DNA of 64,000 bases from PVC group bacterium. GTDB taxonomy: Bacteria > Omnitrophota > Gorgyraeia > B26-G9. Below, one piece after another: positions 51,488 to 60,800 of this stretch (position 1 is the first letter of the stretch; every line of letters begins with the position of its first letter). A program made the translations under genes and the position numbers. The stretch spans positions 142,755 through 206,754 of the forward strand of contig JAAEQR010000195.1 in the NCBI GenBank assembly GCA_024231215.1, read 5' to 3'. The notes beneath the pieces were generated by a model. It was not told the origin of the DNA. It was given only the letters and a program-made list of their open reading frames with translations, and made no database searches.

Positions 51488-52186
51488 ATGGAAGAAAGAG
51501 AAATGCGAGACGAAGATGAGCTTAATCTATTGGATTTTTTCAGGGTGATATGGAAATATAAAATTCTGATCGTTCTTATCGTAATAGCAACTTGTACTAT
51601 ATCTTGGGTAAATAATATTAGGGCTCCGAAAATATATGAGTCTACAGCTACAGCTCTTCCTCCTGAAAGTGAAACTAAGTCCATGGGTTCATTGTCTCAA
51701 TTTACGCAAGGTGTTGTGGGTCAAATGCTTCCTAGCTTATCTTACGGGTCATCAACCAATATGGTTCTGGCCATGTTGAAGAGCCGGCGCATGGCTGAAG
51801 ATATTATTAAAAATTATGGTTTAAAAAAACGTTGGAAAGCTGAATTTCTTATTGATGCGATTGGAAGAATTAAAGGGAATACTCGTATTTCTGTATCAGA
51901 GGAAGGGGTTATTGCGATAGCCGTAGAATCAGAAGATTCTCAGCTTGCTGCTAATATCGCAAATTTTTATGTATCTAATCTTAATACAATGAATGAACAG
52001 CTCGAACTTAGTTCTTCAAAGCCGGTTGTAAGAAGTATTGATATAGCTAAACCAGCGGAGAAGAAATCAAAACCGGTAATCAGAAAGAACGTGATGATGG
52101 CTGGGCTGGGAGCTTTGTTATTGGGAATATTCCTGGCTTTTTTAAAAGAATATATTAATAGACATAAAGAAAAACTTAACGTATAA
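51488..52186 (+). CDS. wzz: Short Wzz/GNVR-type polysaccharide co-polymerase
   Basis: DELNLLDFF..IWK, TM1, YESTA..LPP, ID.A.PAEKKSKP, TM2; no kinase domain. Confidence 0.8.
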   Translation: MEEREMRDEDELNLLDFFRVIWKYKILIVLIVIATCTISWVNNIRAPKIYESTATALPPESETKSMGSLSQFTQGVVGQMLPSLSYGSSTNMVLAMLKSRRMAEDIIKNYGLKKRWKAEFLIDAIGRIKGNTRISVSEEGVIAIAVESEDSQLAANIANFYVSNLNTMNEQLELSSSKPVVRSIDIAKPAEKKSKPVIRKNVMMAGLGALLLGIFLAFLKEYINRHKEKLNV

Positions 52187-52198
52187 TACGACCTTCCT

Positions 52199-52771
52199 AT
52201 GAATAAAGAAATTTTAAATTTATTTGCTGAAACTGGCTTGCTCAAAAGAGTTAAGAGAACAGGTTGGTGGGTGATCGGGATTAAAGATCCGGAAAGCGTA
52301 GCGGAGCATTCCTTTCGCTGTGCGGTGATCGGGTATGTGCTGGCAAAGATGGAGAAGGCTCAGGTGCATTCTGCGACGATGATGTGTCTTTTTAATGACT
52401 TACATGAGGCTAGGACAAACGATCATCATAAAATGAATATCCGTTATATAGATCATAAAAAAGCGGAAGATAAAGCCTTTAAAGAGCAAGTACAATCTTT
52501 ACCCAAAGGGCTTAAAGACGAGATGTGGGGTTGGCGTACCGAATACACAGGCCAAAAGACAAAAGAAAGTCTTATTGCGCGTGACGCGGATATTTTAGAA
52601 TGTTTAATCCAGGCAAAAGAATATCTGGATCAGGGAGTTCCCCAGGCAAAGTTGTTTTTCCAGAAAGCGCCGAAATTTTTAAAGACAAAAAGTGCTAAAG
52701 CATTATGGAAAAGTTTGCAGAAATGGGATAGTAGTAAGTGGTGGCAGAAAGTTTGCGAGTTCGAGAGATAA
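52199..52771 (+). CDS. HD-domain hydrolase (YfbR/HDDC2-like)
   Basis: LKRVKRTGW, ESVAEHSFR, DADILE; canonical HD reads ND here. Confidence 0.85.
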   Translation: MNKEILNLFAETGLLKRVKRTGWWVIGIKDPESVAEHSFRCAVIGYVLAKMEKAQVHSATMMCLFNDLHEARTNDHHKMNIRYIDHKKAEDKAFKEQVQSLPKGLKDEMWGWRTEYTGQKTKESLIARDADILECLIQAKEYLDQGVPQAKLFFQKAPKFLKTKSAKALWKSLQKWDSSKWWQKVCEFER

Positions 52772-52786
52772 ACGAGGAGTATTATT

Positions 52787-53263
52787 ATGGCTGCAGGAGA
52801 TGTATTTTTAACACGTGATGGATATGAAAAATTAAAAAAAGAATATGAACATCTAAAAAAAGTAAAACGTCCGGAAATATCAAGGGCAATAGAAAAGGCA
52901 AGAGAATTTGGAGATCTGAAAGAAAACGCAGAATATCATGCGGCTAAAGAAGCTATGGGCATGAGCGAAGCGCGGATTTCTGAACTCGAAGATATAATTA
53001 GCCGTGGCCGGATAGTGGATGATGAGAATATAGATAAAGATAAAGTATTGCTTGGCGCGACAGTAAAGATTCGTGATGTTGCCGATAATGAAATAGAAGA
53101 ATATATGCTTGTCTCAGAGGCAGAAGCTGACTTTAGCCAAAACAAGATATCAACGGCTTCTCCGTTAGGGCAGGGTATTCTAGGGCATAAAAAAGGTGAT
53201 ATTGTGCAGGTGAAGATTCCCGCTGGCATGATGACAATTGAAATATTGGAAATAACAAGATAG
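52787..53263 (+). CDS. greA: Transcription elongation factor GreA
   Basis: LTRDGYEKL, AREFGDLKENAEYHAAKE, ISTASPLG. Confidence 0.97.
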   Translation: MAAGDVFLTRDGYEKLKKEYEHLKKVKRPEISRAIEKAREFGDLKENAEYHAAKEAMGMSEARISELEDIISRGRIVDDENIDKDKVLLGATVKIRDVADNEIEEYMLVSEAEADFSQNKISTASPLGQGILGHKKGDIVQVKIPAGMMTIEILEITR

Positions 53264-53267
53264 AGAA

Positions 53268-53298
53268 ACAGTCGATAGTCAATGGTCAATAGTCTATA
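53268..53298. repeat. Heptamer array
   Basis: ACAGTCG ATAGTCA ATGGTCA ATAGTCT after the greA stop; same family as 655-738. Confidence 0.75.
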
Positions 53299-53333
53299 GA
53301 AAAACAAAACAAATAGAAAAAATACAATGTCCT

Positions 53334-53358
53334 GTAGGGGCGGCCGGCTGGCCGCCCG
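53334..53358. repeat. GTAG-type REP palindrome
   Basis: GTAG followed by the perfect hairpin GGGCGGCC-GGCT-GGCCGCCC. Confidence 0.75.
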
Positions 53359-53383
53359 TTATTAATATATTGGGAGTTTAAAT

Positions 53384-54367
53384 ATGAACAAACAGGTTAG
53401 GGCCATTGGCCTTTTATCCGGGGGATTAGATAGTATTCTTGCGATTAAAGTTGTTCAACAACAGGGTATAGAAGTCACCGGGCTTTCTTTTGTTACCCCG
53501 TTCTTTAACGCTAACGCTGCTCAAAAAGCAGCGGATCAACTTGGGGTTCCCCTTATTATTAAAGATATTACCGCAGAGCATTTCAAAATAGTTAAAAACC
53601 CACCGCATGGCTATGGCAAAACTATGAATCCCTGTATAGATTGTCATGCTTTAATGGTTAAGATTGCCGGGGGGATAATGCAAGGGGAAGGTTTTGATTT
53701 TATCTTTACCGGAGAAGTTCTTAATGAACGACCTATGTCGCAAAACAGAGCGTCTTTGGAGATCGTGGCCAAAACTTCCGGGTATAAAGAGTACTTGATA
53801 CGTCCTTTAAGCGCGAAATTTTTAAACCAGACAAAGCCGGAGCAAGAAGGAATAGTAGATCACAGTAAATTTTTAGATCTTCAGGGGCGCTCCAGGAAAA
53901 GGCAGATAGCTATGGCTCGGGAGTTTGGGGTAAAAGAGTATCCTAACCCTGCAGGCGGCTGTTTGCTTACAGATAAAGGCTTTTCCAATCGTCTTCGGGA
54001 ATTATTGTCCTACAATGAAGATCCTAGTGTTAGAGAGCTGAGGCTTTTGAGACTTGGACGCCACTTTCGTCTGGCTGATACAGCTAAGTTGATTGTCGGT
54101 AGAAATCAACAAGAGAATGAGGTATTGGAATCCTTATTTGAATCGCAAGGTTATATGATTATGACCGACGATGAGATTTCCGGGCCAACATGTCTATTAA
54201 TCGGAGATAACTTATCTGAGTATTTGGAAAGATGTGCACTTATTTGTGCGGCTTATAGTGATGTGGCACCTGGCATAGAATGTCCGGTGAATATAAAGCA
54301 TGCTAGTAAGGTAAGTAAAACAACTGTGATTACAGATAGATCCCACCGAGAGACAGATAGAATTTAA
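53384..54367 (+). CDS. ThiI/MnmA-like PP-loop tRNA thiolation protein (DUF814 type)
   Basis: LLSGGLDS, NPCIDC, TGEVL.ERPMSQ, PAGGCLLT, GRHFR, VGRN. Confidence 0.85.
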   Translation: MNKQVRAIGLLSGGLDSILAIKVVQQQGIEVTGLSFVTPFFNANAAQKAADQLGVPLIIKDITAEHFKIVKNPPHGYGKTMNPCIDCHALMVKIAGGIMQGEGFDFIFTGEVLNERPMSQNRASLEIVAKTSGYKEYLIRPLSAKFLNQTKPEQEGIVDHSKFLDLQGRSRKRQIAMAREFGVKEYPNPAGGCLLTDKGFSNRLRELLSYNEDPSVRELRLLRLGRHFRLADTAKLIVGRNQQENEVLESLFESQGYMIMTDDEISGPTCLLIGDNLSEYLERCALICAAYSDVAPGIECPVNIKHASKVSKTTVITDRSHRETDRI

Positions 54368-54378
54368 GAGAACTGTAT

Positions 54379-54551
54379 ATAAATAATTCAAAAATCTCTC
54401 TTTTCGCTAAGCTCGCTACGACTTCCTGTCTTGCGACCGCGCGTTTTCACTATTTTAACATCCTTGTTAAAATTACGTTCAAAAGCGTCGCTTAAACCTT
54501 TAAGGGTTCCACGAGTGTAGCGAAGTGCAAGAGAATTTTTCGATTATTTAT
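54379..54551. repeat. Structured dispersed repeat (MITE/REP-like or ncRNA), copy 2
   Basis: Imperfect terminal inverted repeat of about 23 bp (ATAAATAATTCAAAAATCTCTCTT / AAGAGAATTTTTCGATTATTTAT); homologous to 1957-2089. Confidence 0.8.
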
Positions 54552-54570
54552 CATCGAGTTTTAGGAAAAT

Positions 54571-54604
54571 AAAAAAGGGATAGAAGCAAGAGCCTCTATC
54601 CCTT
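54571..54604 (-). terminator. Rho-independent terminator of the minus-strand lipoprotein gene
   Basis: AAGGGATAGA...TCTATCCCTT stem followed by a U-run on the minus strand. Confidence 0.8.
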
Positions 54605-54621
54605 AAAATATATCTTATTAT

Positions 54622-55011
54622 TTATTCGTCATCTTCCATGTCTTCATCGTCGTCCATGTCGTCTTCATCTTCATCATCGACAGATTTTTTCTTGTTTTGG
54701 ATGTACAATTCTGGAAATGCCTGCAATTCTTCGCGTTTTCCCCATTGTGAGACCTGATCATTTAAGAAGTATATTTGATAAGTGGATTTTGATTTCTTAT
54801 CGTAGAATTCCCAGAGATCGAGTAAATTACCTTCAGCATCAACTTTAGAGGCTTTAGCTACAAAGCCGGTCTTGAAAATAGCTCTTACTTCTTCTTTATG
54901 CATGTTGATAGAAAGCTGGTTCATCTTGTCTAACATATTTCCACAACCGACAATGCTAAATACCATAATACTTACTAATAAAATTCCCCAAAATTTATTT
55001 TTTGCTGCCAT
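54622..55011 (-). CDS. Small lipoprotein with acidic tail (BamE/SmpA-like domain)
   Basis: Lipobox IVGC; LSINMHKEEV...LWEFY...YQIYFLNDQVSQWG; D/E tail; AAAGGGG SD. Confidence 0.75.
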   Translation of the reverse strand: MAAKNKFWGILLVSIMVFSIVGCGNMLDKMNQLSINMHKEEVRAIFKTGFVAKASKVDAEGNLLDLWEFYDKKSKSTYQIYFLNDQVSQWGKREELQAFPELYIQNKKKSVDDEDEDDMDDDEDMEDDE

Positions 55012-55120
55012 TGTTCCCCTTTCGTTTTTTACTAATAATTAAATTATAACGATCCATACCCTACAGGATTATATTACTATGTTACTATGTTTCTAGGTTT
55101 TGTCAAGAGAGTAGGTTGAA

Positions 55121-55149
55121 TTGACAAATGAGCTTAAGAGGATTAAACT
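55121..55149 (+). promoter_or_regulatory. sigma70 promoter of the GT9 gene (probably leaderless)
   Basis: TTGACA-17-TAAACT, 7 nt before ATG 55157; a divergent TTGACA lies on the minus strand at 55101-55106. Confidence 0.65.
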
Positions 55150-55156
55150 AAGGAAC

Positions 55157-56206
55157 ATGAAGTTAGGAAAAAAAGTCAAAAAGATATTGGTGTTTGGGCA
55201 TAGCAATATCGGAGATGTTTGCTATGATTTGATTGGTATTAAGCCATTACGGGAGGCTTTCCCGCATGCTCACATCAGCTTTGTTACCTCATTAAAAGCT
55301 CAGGAAGTGGTAAAGACTGTTTTTGCAATAGATGAAGTGATAATCTTTGATAAGCAGGGGAAAGACCGTGGTATGTTGAGATATCTCAGATTTATAGGTG
55401 AAATACGTAAGAATTGTTTTGATTTAAGTATTATTCTGCGTAGAATGCAAATGTATTATTTTTTCGGCATACCTGTGCAAATAAAAGCGCAAGAGGTCGA
55501 GCAAAGGCATGTTGCTTTACGAAATTTGCAGATACTGGAAGTGCTTGGCATAAAACCGGCAACTCCGGAATTTGGTACTTCGACGAAACTAAGCTCAGCA
55601 TCAATCATGAGCAAAGATAGTCGAATGATTGGTTTTAGTTTTTCAGATGAAGAAAATAAATTTACCCAAGAAAGATTGGGTGAGAAAAACCAGGACGAAT
55701 TATTTGTCGGAATCATGCCGTTTTCCGCCTGGAAATTAAAGTGCTGGCCTGTAGAAAAATGGAATGAATTGATTGAGTTTTTAACTGGTGAGTTAAAGGC
55801 CAAAGTTTTTGTTTTTGGCAAGACCGGGGATACTGCCTGGGAAACGGACTTTGTTAAGCGGATTTCAAAAGATGCTGTCTCTGTGATTAATAAATGCACT
55901 TTACGGCAAAGTCTGGCTATAATTAATAAATTAGATTTATTTGTTGGGGTTGATACCAGTTTACTGCACTTTGCTAGTTGTATGCAGGTGCCGGCGATCG
56001 GATTATACGGTCCGACCGATCATAAAGTTTTCTATCCGTTTTTTCATGAAGATTATGCAATTGTTTCTAAGGATCAGTTAAAATGTGCGCCTTGTTATCG
56101 TCAGTCGGAAGTAGGCCCTTGTGGGGTTAAGGATAATCCTGCCCAATGTATGATTGATATTGATATAAATCAGATTGTAGAAAAAATAAAAACAGTCTAT
56201 AGTTGA
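55157..56206 (+). CDS. GT9 LPS heptosyltransferase-family protein
   Basis: SNIGDV, KCWP..KW, FVGVDTSLLHFA, LYGPT, CAPC...C; true start likely ATG 55157. Confidence 0.9.
   Translation: MKLGKKVKKILVFGHSNIGDVCYDLIGIKPLREAFPHAHISFVTSLKAQEVVKTVFAIDEVIIFDKQGKDRGMLRYLRFIGEIRKNCFDLSIILRRMQMYYFFGIPVQIKAQEVEQRHVALRNLQILEVLGIKPATPEFGTSTKLSSASIMSKDSRMIGFSFSDEENKFTQERLGEKNQDELFVGIMPFSAWKLKCWPVEKWNELIEFLTGELKAKVFVFGKTGDTAWETDFVKRISKDAVSVINKCTLRQSLAIINKLDLFVGVDTSLLHFASCMQVPAIGLYGPTDHKVFYPFFHEDYAIVSKDQLKCAPCYRQSEVGPCGVKDNPAQCMIDIDINQIVEKIKTVYS
55577..55633. mobile_element. 57-bp palindromic element inserted in frame in the GT9 gene
   Basis: Nested inverted repeats TTCGAC/GTCGAA and GCTCA/TGAGC; flanking TTGGT direct repeat; removal restores PEFGFSFSDEE. 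Confidence 0.7.
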
Positions 56207-56226
56207 TCGCTAATGGCTCATAGATA
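56192..56226. repeat. Heptamer array overlapping the GT9 stop codon
   Basis: ACAGTCT ATAGTTG ATCGCTA ATGGCTC ATAGATA. Confidence 0.6.
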
Positions 56227-56258
56227 AAAAATTTCAAAAACAAAAAGATTGAGAAAAT

Positions 56259-57053
56259 ATGATGAAAATATTCTTAACAATTCTTGCGTTTTTCTTGTTC
56301 GTGTATTGTTATGCACGTTATCTGGAGAGGAGTGCGCTTTATTATCCGGAAAAAGAGATAGTATTAAAGCCAAATGATGTAGGCCTTGCTTTTGAAGAAG
56401 TACATTTTACGGCAAAGGATAAAGTCAAACTGCATGGTTGGTATATCCCGGCTAAAGACGCGCAGACTAGCTTGATTTTCTGTCATGGTAATGGAGGCAA
56501 TATCAGCCATCGCATGGATAAAATACTTCTTTTTAATAACCTCGGGGTAAATATGTTTATATTTGATTATCGCGGATATGGGAAAAGTAAAGGGAGGTCT
56601 TCAGAAGCTGGATTTTATAATGATGCTGAAGCTGCTTATAAATATCTAAAATCACGGGGTGATGCGGGACGGAAAATTATTATTTACGGAGAATCATTAG
56701 GCGGGGCAGTAGCTGTGGATCTGGCGGCTAAGGTGCCGGTTGCCGGACTTATTTTAGAAAGTACATTTACAAATGTATTGGATATGGCAAAAGTAGTTTA
56801 TCCTTTACTGCCTGGGTTTTTAGTGCAGAGTAAGTTTGATTCTCTGTCTAAAATAAAGACCATAGATGTTCCAAAACTGTGTATGCATAGCCAAGATGAT
56901 AATATAGTTCCGTTCCGGTTAGGGAAAAAGCTTTTTGATGCTGCTTCAGAACCTAAGCAGTTTTTAGAGATATACGGGGCTCATAACGATTCATTTCTAA
57001 ATTCTGAAGAAGAAATTAAAATAAAACTGCGTAATTTTTTCAGAGAAATCTAA
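56259..57053 (+). CDS. Alpha/beta hydrolase (ABHD/Bem46-like)
   Basis: CHGNGGNI, DYRGYGKS, GESLGG, D..VP, HND. Confidence 0.92.
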   Translation: MMKIFLTILAFFLFVYCYARYLERSALYYPEKEIVLKPNDVGLAFEEVHFTAKDKVKLHGWYIPAKDAQTSLIFCHGNGGNISHRMDKILLFNNLGVNMFIFDYRGYGKSKGRSSEAGFYNDAEAAYKYLKSRGDAGRKIIIYGESLGGAVAVDLAAKVPVAGLILESTFTNVLDMAKVVYPLLPGFLVQSKFDSLSKIKTIDVPKLCMHSQDDNIVPFRLGKKLFDAASEPKQFLEIYGAHNDSFLNSEEEIKIKLRNFFREI

Positions 57054-57583
57054 TTTTTTTTCGGCTGCCTAGGGGGTATGGGAGGCGGCGGTATCTGTTG
57101 TTGACGTAATATTCTCATCTGCTGTTGATGCTGGATTTGCATTTGTGTGTTTTGGTAATTCTGGTAGGAATTTATTGTATCCATGGTTCTTTTTGTCTTT
57201 TGTGCTTCTTCGGCAATAGAATTCAGCCACTGATGATATTGCTGAATTCCAAAATCTGTTTTTTCTTCCTTAACTACACCTAATTTGTGTAATGTATTCA
57301 TGATTGCAGCATGATCGTCAACTGCCCAACTATACAGTTCTTCGTCTACAAAAATAAGGCTATATATCTTTTTCTTGCATCGCTTTTGACGATATTCCCA
57401 GACTTGAACCGGAAAATTATTTCGTGTTACTCCCAGGGCTATTTTTTGAGTTGGTTCTCCCCAGGACTGGATAACTTCTTCTGCGGTAAGGCCGTTTTCA
57501 AGCTCTGGTTTCTTCTTGCAGGCTCCGCTGCAGCCGTATACAGTGAACATAATTAAGATTAGAATTAAGACAATTTTCTTCAT
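57050..57583 (-). CDS. Small lipoprotein with Gln/Pro-rich tail (BamE/SmpA-like domain)
   Basis: MKKIVLILILIMFTVYGC lipobox; GLTAEEVIQSWGEP...VWEY...LIFVDEELYSW; start placed at 57583 from the promoter position. Confidence 0.75.
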   Translation of the reverse strand: MKKIVLILILIMFTVYGCSGACKKKPELENGLTAEEVIQSWGEPTQKIALGVTRNNFPVQVWEYRQKRCKKKIYSLIFVDEELYSWAVDDHAAIMNTLHKLGVVKEEKTDFGIQQYHQWLNSIAEEAQKTKRTMDTINSYQNYQNTQMQIQHQQQMRILRQQQIPPPPIPPRQPKKN

Positions 57584-57590
57584 ATATTGG

Positions 57591-57619
57591 AATGTAACAC
57601 AAATACCATTTCTTGTCAA
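57591..57619 (-). promoter_or_regulatory. sigma70 promoter of the lipoprotein gene (probably leaderless)
   Basis: Minus strand TTGACA-17-TACATT with TG extension, 7 nt before ATG. Confidence 0.6.
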
Positions 57620-57674
57620 TTCGGACAGAAAGTAAATTGGCAGAAATTCAAAAGGTGTGGTATACTTCATCTAA

Positions 57675-57766
57675 GAGGATCGGTGCAAGCATAGGTTACG
57701 TTTTAAGGTTTGAGAGGTTTTGAAAAAGGTTCACAAGCTTAAATAGTAGGTAAGGCACCGTTCCTC
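57675..57766. repeat. Small element bounded by 12-bp inverted repeats
   Basis: GAGGATCGGTGC...GCACCGTTCCTC (1 mismatch) with internal degenerate AAGGTT repeats. Confidence 0.5.
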
Positions 57767-57811
57767 CTTTTTATGCCCATTTCCCCCTGAATATCCCCGA
57801 TATTTGTGCTC

Positions 57812-57840
57812 TTGATACCTATAGGCGTTTGTGTTAAGAT
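57812..57840 (+). promoter_or_regulatory. sigma70 promoter of uvrA (probably leaderless)
   Basis: TTGATA-17-TAAGAT with TG extension, 7 nt before ATG 57848; no SD. Confidence 0.6.
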
Positions 57841-57847
57841 TTATCTC

Positions 57848-60655
57848 ATGAGTAAAGAGTACATTTCTATTAAAGGTGCGAAAGAGCACAACCTTAAATC
57901 CATAGACCTGGATCTACCGCGAAATAGTCTGGTAGTTATTACTGGTCTTTCCGGTTCCGGGAAATCTTCTCTGGCGTTTGATACTATTTATGCCGAGGGA
58001 CAGCGCAGATATGTAGAGAGTTTATCTGCTTATGCGCGGCAGTTTCTAGAGCAGCTGCATAAGCCGGATGTAGAATATATCGAAGGATTGTCTCCGGCGA
58101 TTGCTATAGAACAGCGTAATACTGGCTCTAATCCGCGCTCTACCGTAGCTACCCAGACGGAAATCTACGATTACTTACGATTACTTTTTGCCCGGATCGG
58201 AACAGCGTTTTGCTATCGCTGCGGCAAGAAAATATCCCGGCAGACATCGCAGCAAATTGTAGACCAGATATTGGCATTGCCGGCTAACTCCAGACTTTAT
58301 TTACTGGCACCTCTTGTACGTGGTAGAAAAGGAGAATATCGTCAGGTATTTGAAGATGTGGCAAAGTCCGGTTTTGTGAGAGTACGGGTAGACGGTGTAA
58401 TTTATGATATAAATGATAAGATAAAATTAAATAAAAAGAAAAAACATTCTATTGAAGTAGTGGTCGACAGGCTTATTTTAAAAAAGGATATTAAAAAAAG
58501 ACTCACTGACTCTGTGGAAACCGCATTAAAAGTAGGCAATAGTACATTGATTGTCGGGGTTGAAGAAAAACCCGGGCAGATGAAGGAAATTATATTTAGC
58601 GAGGTATACGCTTGTACCGAATGCAGTATTAGTTATGAAGAGCTGCAGCCGCGCATGTTTTCCTTTAACAGTCCCTATGGGGCTTGTCCGGCTTGTGCGG
58701 GCTTAGGCACAAAGGTGGAAATAGATGAAGACCTGGTGGTGCAGGATAAAAATAAAAGTTTAAGAGAAGGAGCTTTGGAACCCTGGCGTCGGGGAGGTAA
58801 AGGATATTTGATGTATTACCGGAGTTTACTGTTGGAGTTATCGGCAGTTGAAGGCTTTAGTATGGATACTCCGTTTAAAAAACTACCGAAAGATATGCAA
58901 AAACTTATCCTTTACGGTGGTGATACCCAGGTGTGGGGGAAGCCTTACGAAGGGATAATACCTCATTTAGAAAGGTTGTTCCATCAGACAGACAGCGATT
59001 TTCTTAAACAGGAAATTAATAAATACATGAGTAATCTTCCTTGTCCGGCTTGTAACGGGATGCGCTTACGCCCTGAAAGCCTGGCAGTTAAAATCGGCGG
59101 GTTATCTATACACCAGATCACACATCTATCTATTGCTTCAGGGATTAAATTATTTAATACGTTGAAATTATCAGCCAAAGAAAAACTTATTGCGCATCAG
59201 GTATTAAAAGAAATTCGCCAGCGTTTAGAGTTTATGATGAACGTTGGGTTGGGGTATTTAACTTTAGACCGGCAGAGCAGTACACTTTCCGGTGGGGAGG
59301 CGCAGCGTATTCGTTTAGCTACACAAATTGGTTCGCGGCTTACGGGTGTGATTTATATATTAGATGAGCCGAGCATTGGTCTGCACCAGAGAGATAATGA
59401 GAAACTGCTGGAAACTCTAAAAGCTTTACGTGATCTGGGTAATACCCTGATAGTGGTTGAGCATGACGAAGCAACAATTATGGCGGCGGATTATATTGTG
59501 GATTTAGGTCCGGGAGCAGGTAGAGAAGGCGGTCAGGTCGTGTGCAAGGGAACGTTGGCACAAGTTTTGAAATGTAAAAATTCACCGACTGCGAATTATC
59601 TTAAAGGTGATTTAAAAATAGCGCCTGAGTTTAAAAAACGTACTTATAACGCGAAGAAATGTTTGAAAATAATCGGAGCTAAAGAAAACAACTTAAAAGA
59701 TATTGATGTAACTATTCCGCTGGGTCTTTTTGTCTGTGTGACCGGAGTATCCGGTTCAGGCAAATCCACACTGATTGATGAGATAACTTACAAAGCTTTA
59801 GCGAAAAAATTATATCGTTCTAAAGAAAAACCCGGAAAGCATAAAAAAATTACAGGGATTGATAAAATAGATAAAGTAATTGTTATTGATCAGTCGGCGA
59901 TCGGTAGAACTCCGCGGTCTAATCCGGCGACTTATACCGGATTATTCTCTCCCATACGGGATTTTTTCTCTCAATTGCCTGAATCGCGTTTAAGAGGTTA
60001 TAAGCCGGGGCGTTTTAGTTTTAATGTTAAAGGCGGACGCTGTGAAGCTTGTCAGGGCGACGGAATTAAAAAGATTGAAATGCATTTCCTGCCGGATATC
60101 TATGTGGAATGCGAAGTGTGTAAGGGCAAGCGATATAACGAACAGACTCTGGAAGTGAAGTTTAAAGGGAAGTCAATCTCCGATGTTTTGGAAATGACGG
60201 TTGAAGATGCAAAAGATTTGTTCGGCAATATCCCCCGGGTAATTAATAAACTTAAGGTTTTAAACGATGTGGGATTGGGATATATACAATTAGGGCAGGC
60301 GGCAACTACACTTTCCGGCGGAGAAGCTCAACGCGTAAAACTGTCTACGGAACTATCTAAAAAAGCTACGGGCCGTACTTTATATATATTGGATGAGCCG
60401 ACGACAGGATTGCATTTTGCCGATGTGGATAAACTTTTGAAAGTATTGCATACACTAGTTGATTACGGAAATACGATTGTGGTTATTGAGCATAACCTGG
60501 ACGTAATAAAAACTGCGGATTATATTATTGATTTAGGACCTGAAGGCGGTGAGAAAGGCGGTGAAATCATCGGCTGCGGCAGTCCTCGGGATTTAATGAA
60601 GAATAAACGTTCATATACCGGTAAATATTTAAAACAACATTTAAAAAAACACTGA
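57848..60655 (+). CDS. uvrA: Excinuclease ABC subunit A
   Basis: GAKEHNLK, two Walker A motifs Gx[14 protein letters not shown] twice, Zn fingers. Confidence 0.98.
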   Translation: MSKEYISIKGAKEHNLKSIDLDLPRNSLVVITGLSGSGKSSLAFDTIYAEGQRRYVESLSAYARQFLEQLHKPDVEYIEGLSPAIAIEQRNTGSNPRSTVATQTEIYDYLRLLFARIGTAFCYRCGKKISRQTSQQIVDQILALPANSRLYLLAPLVRGRKGEYRQVFEDVAKSGFVRVRVDGVIYDINDKIKLNKKKKHSIEVVVDRLILKKDIKKRLTDSVETALKVGNSTLIVGVEEKPGQMKEIIFSEVYACTECSISYEELQPRMFSFNSPYGACPACAGLGTKVEIDEDLVVQDKNKSLREGALEPWRRGGKGYLMYYRSLLLELSAVEGFSMDTPFKKLPKDMQKLILYGGDTQVWGKPYEGIIPHLERLFHQTDSDFLKQEINKYMSNLPCPACNGMRLRPESLAVKIGGLSIHQITHLSIASGIKLFNTLKLSAKEKLIAHQVLKEIRQRLEFMMNVGLGYLTLDRQSSTLSGGEAQRIRLATQIGSRLTGVIYILDEPSIGLHQRDNEKLLETLKALRDLGNTLIVVEHDEATIMAADYIVDLGPGAGREGGQVVCKGTLAQVLKCKNSPTANYLKGDLKIAPEFKKRTYNAKKCLKIIGAKENNLKDIDVTIPLGLFVCVTGVSGSGKSTLIDEITYKALAKKLYRSKEKPGKHKKITGIDKIDKVIVIDQSAIGRTPRSNPATYTGLFSPIRDFFSQLPESRLRGYKPGRFSFNVKGGRCEACQGDGIKKIEMHFLPDIYVECEVCKGKRYNEQTLEVKFKGKSISDVLEMTVEDAKDLFGNIPRVINKLKVLNDVGLGYIQLGQAATTLSGGEAQRVKLSTELSKKATGRTLYILDEPTTGLHFADVDKLLKVLHTLVDYGNTIVVIEHNLDVIKTADYIIDLGPEGGEKGGEIIGCGSPRDLMKNKRSYTGKYLKQHLKKH

Positions 60656-60800
60656 ATAAGCTGTAAGTTGTAAGATAGAAGGACTAAAAGTGCAACTCAA
60701 AAATATAAAGTGTAATATAATAGAGATGTGCTATAGTTGTTAAAACATGTTTTTGTGTTTTAACGTTTAACCCATATGTTTTTGTTTAGCGAAAATTAAA

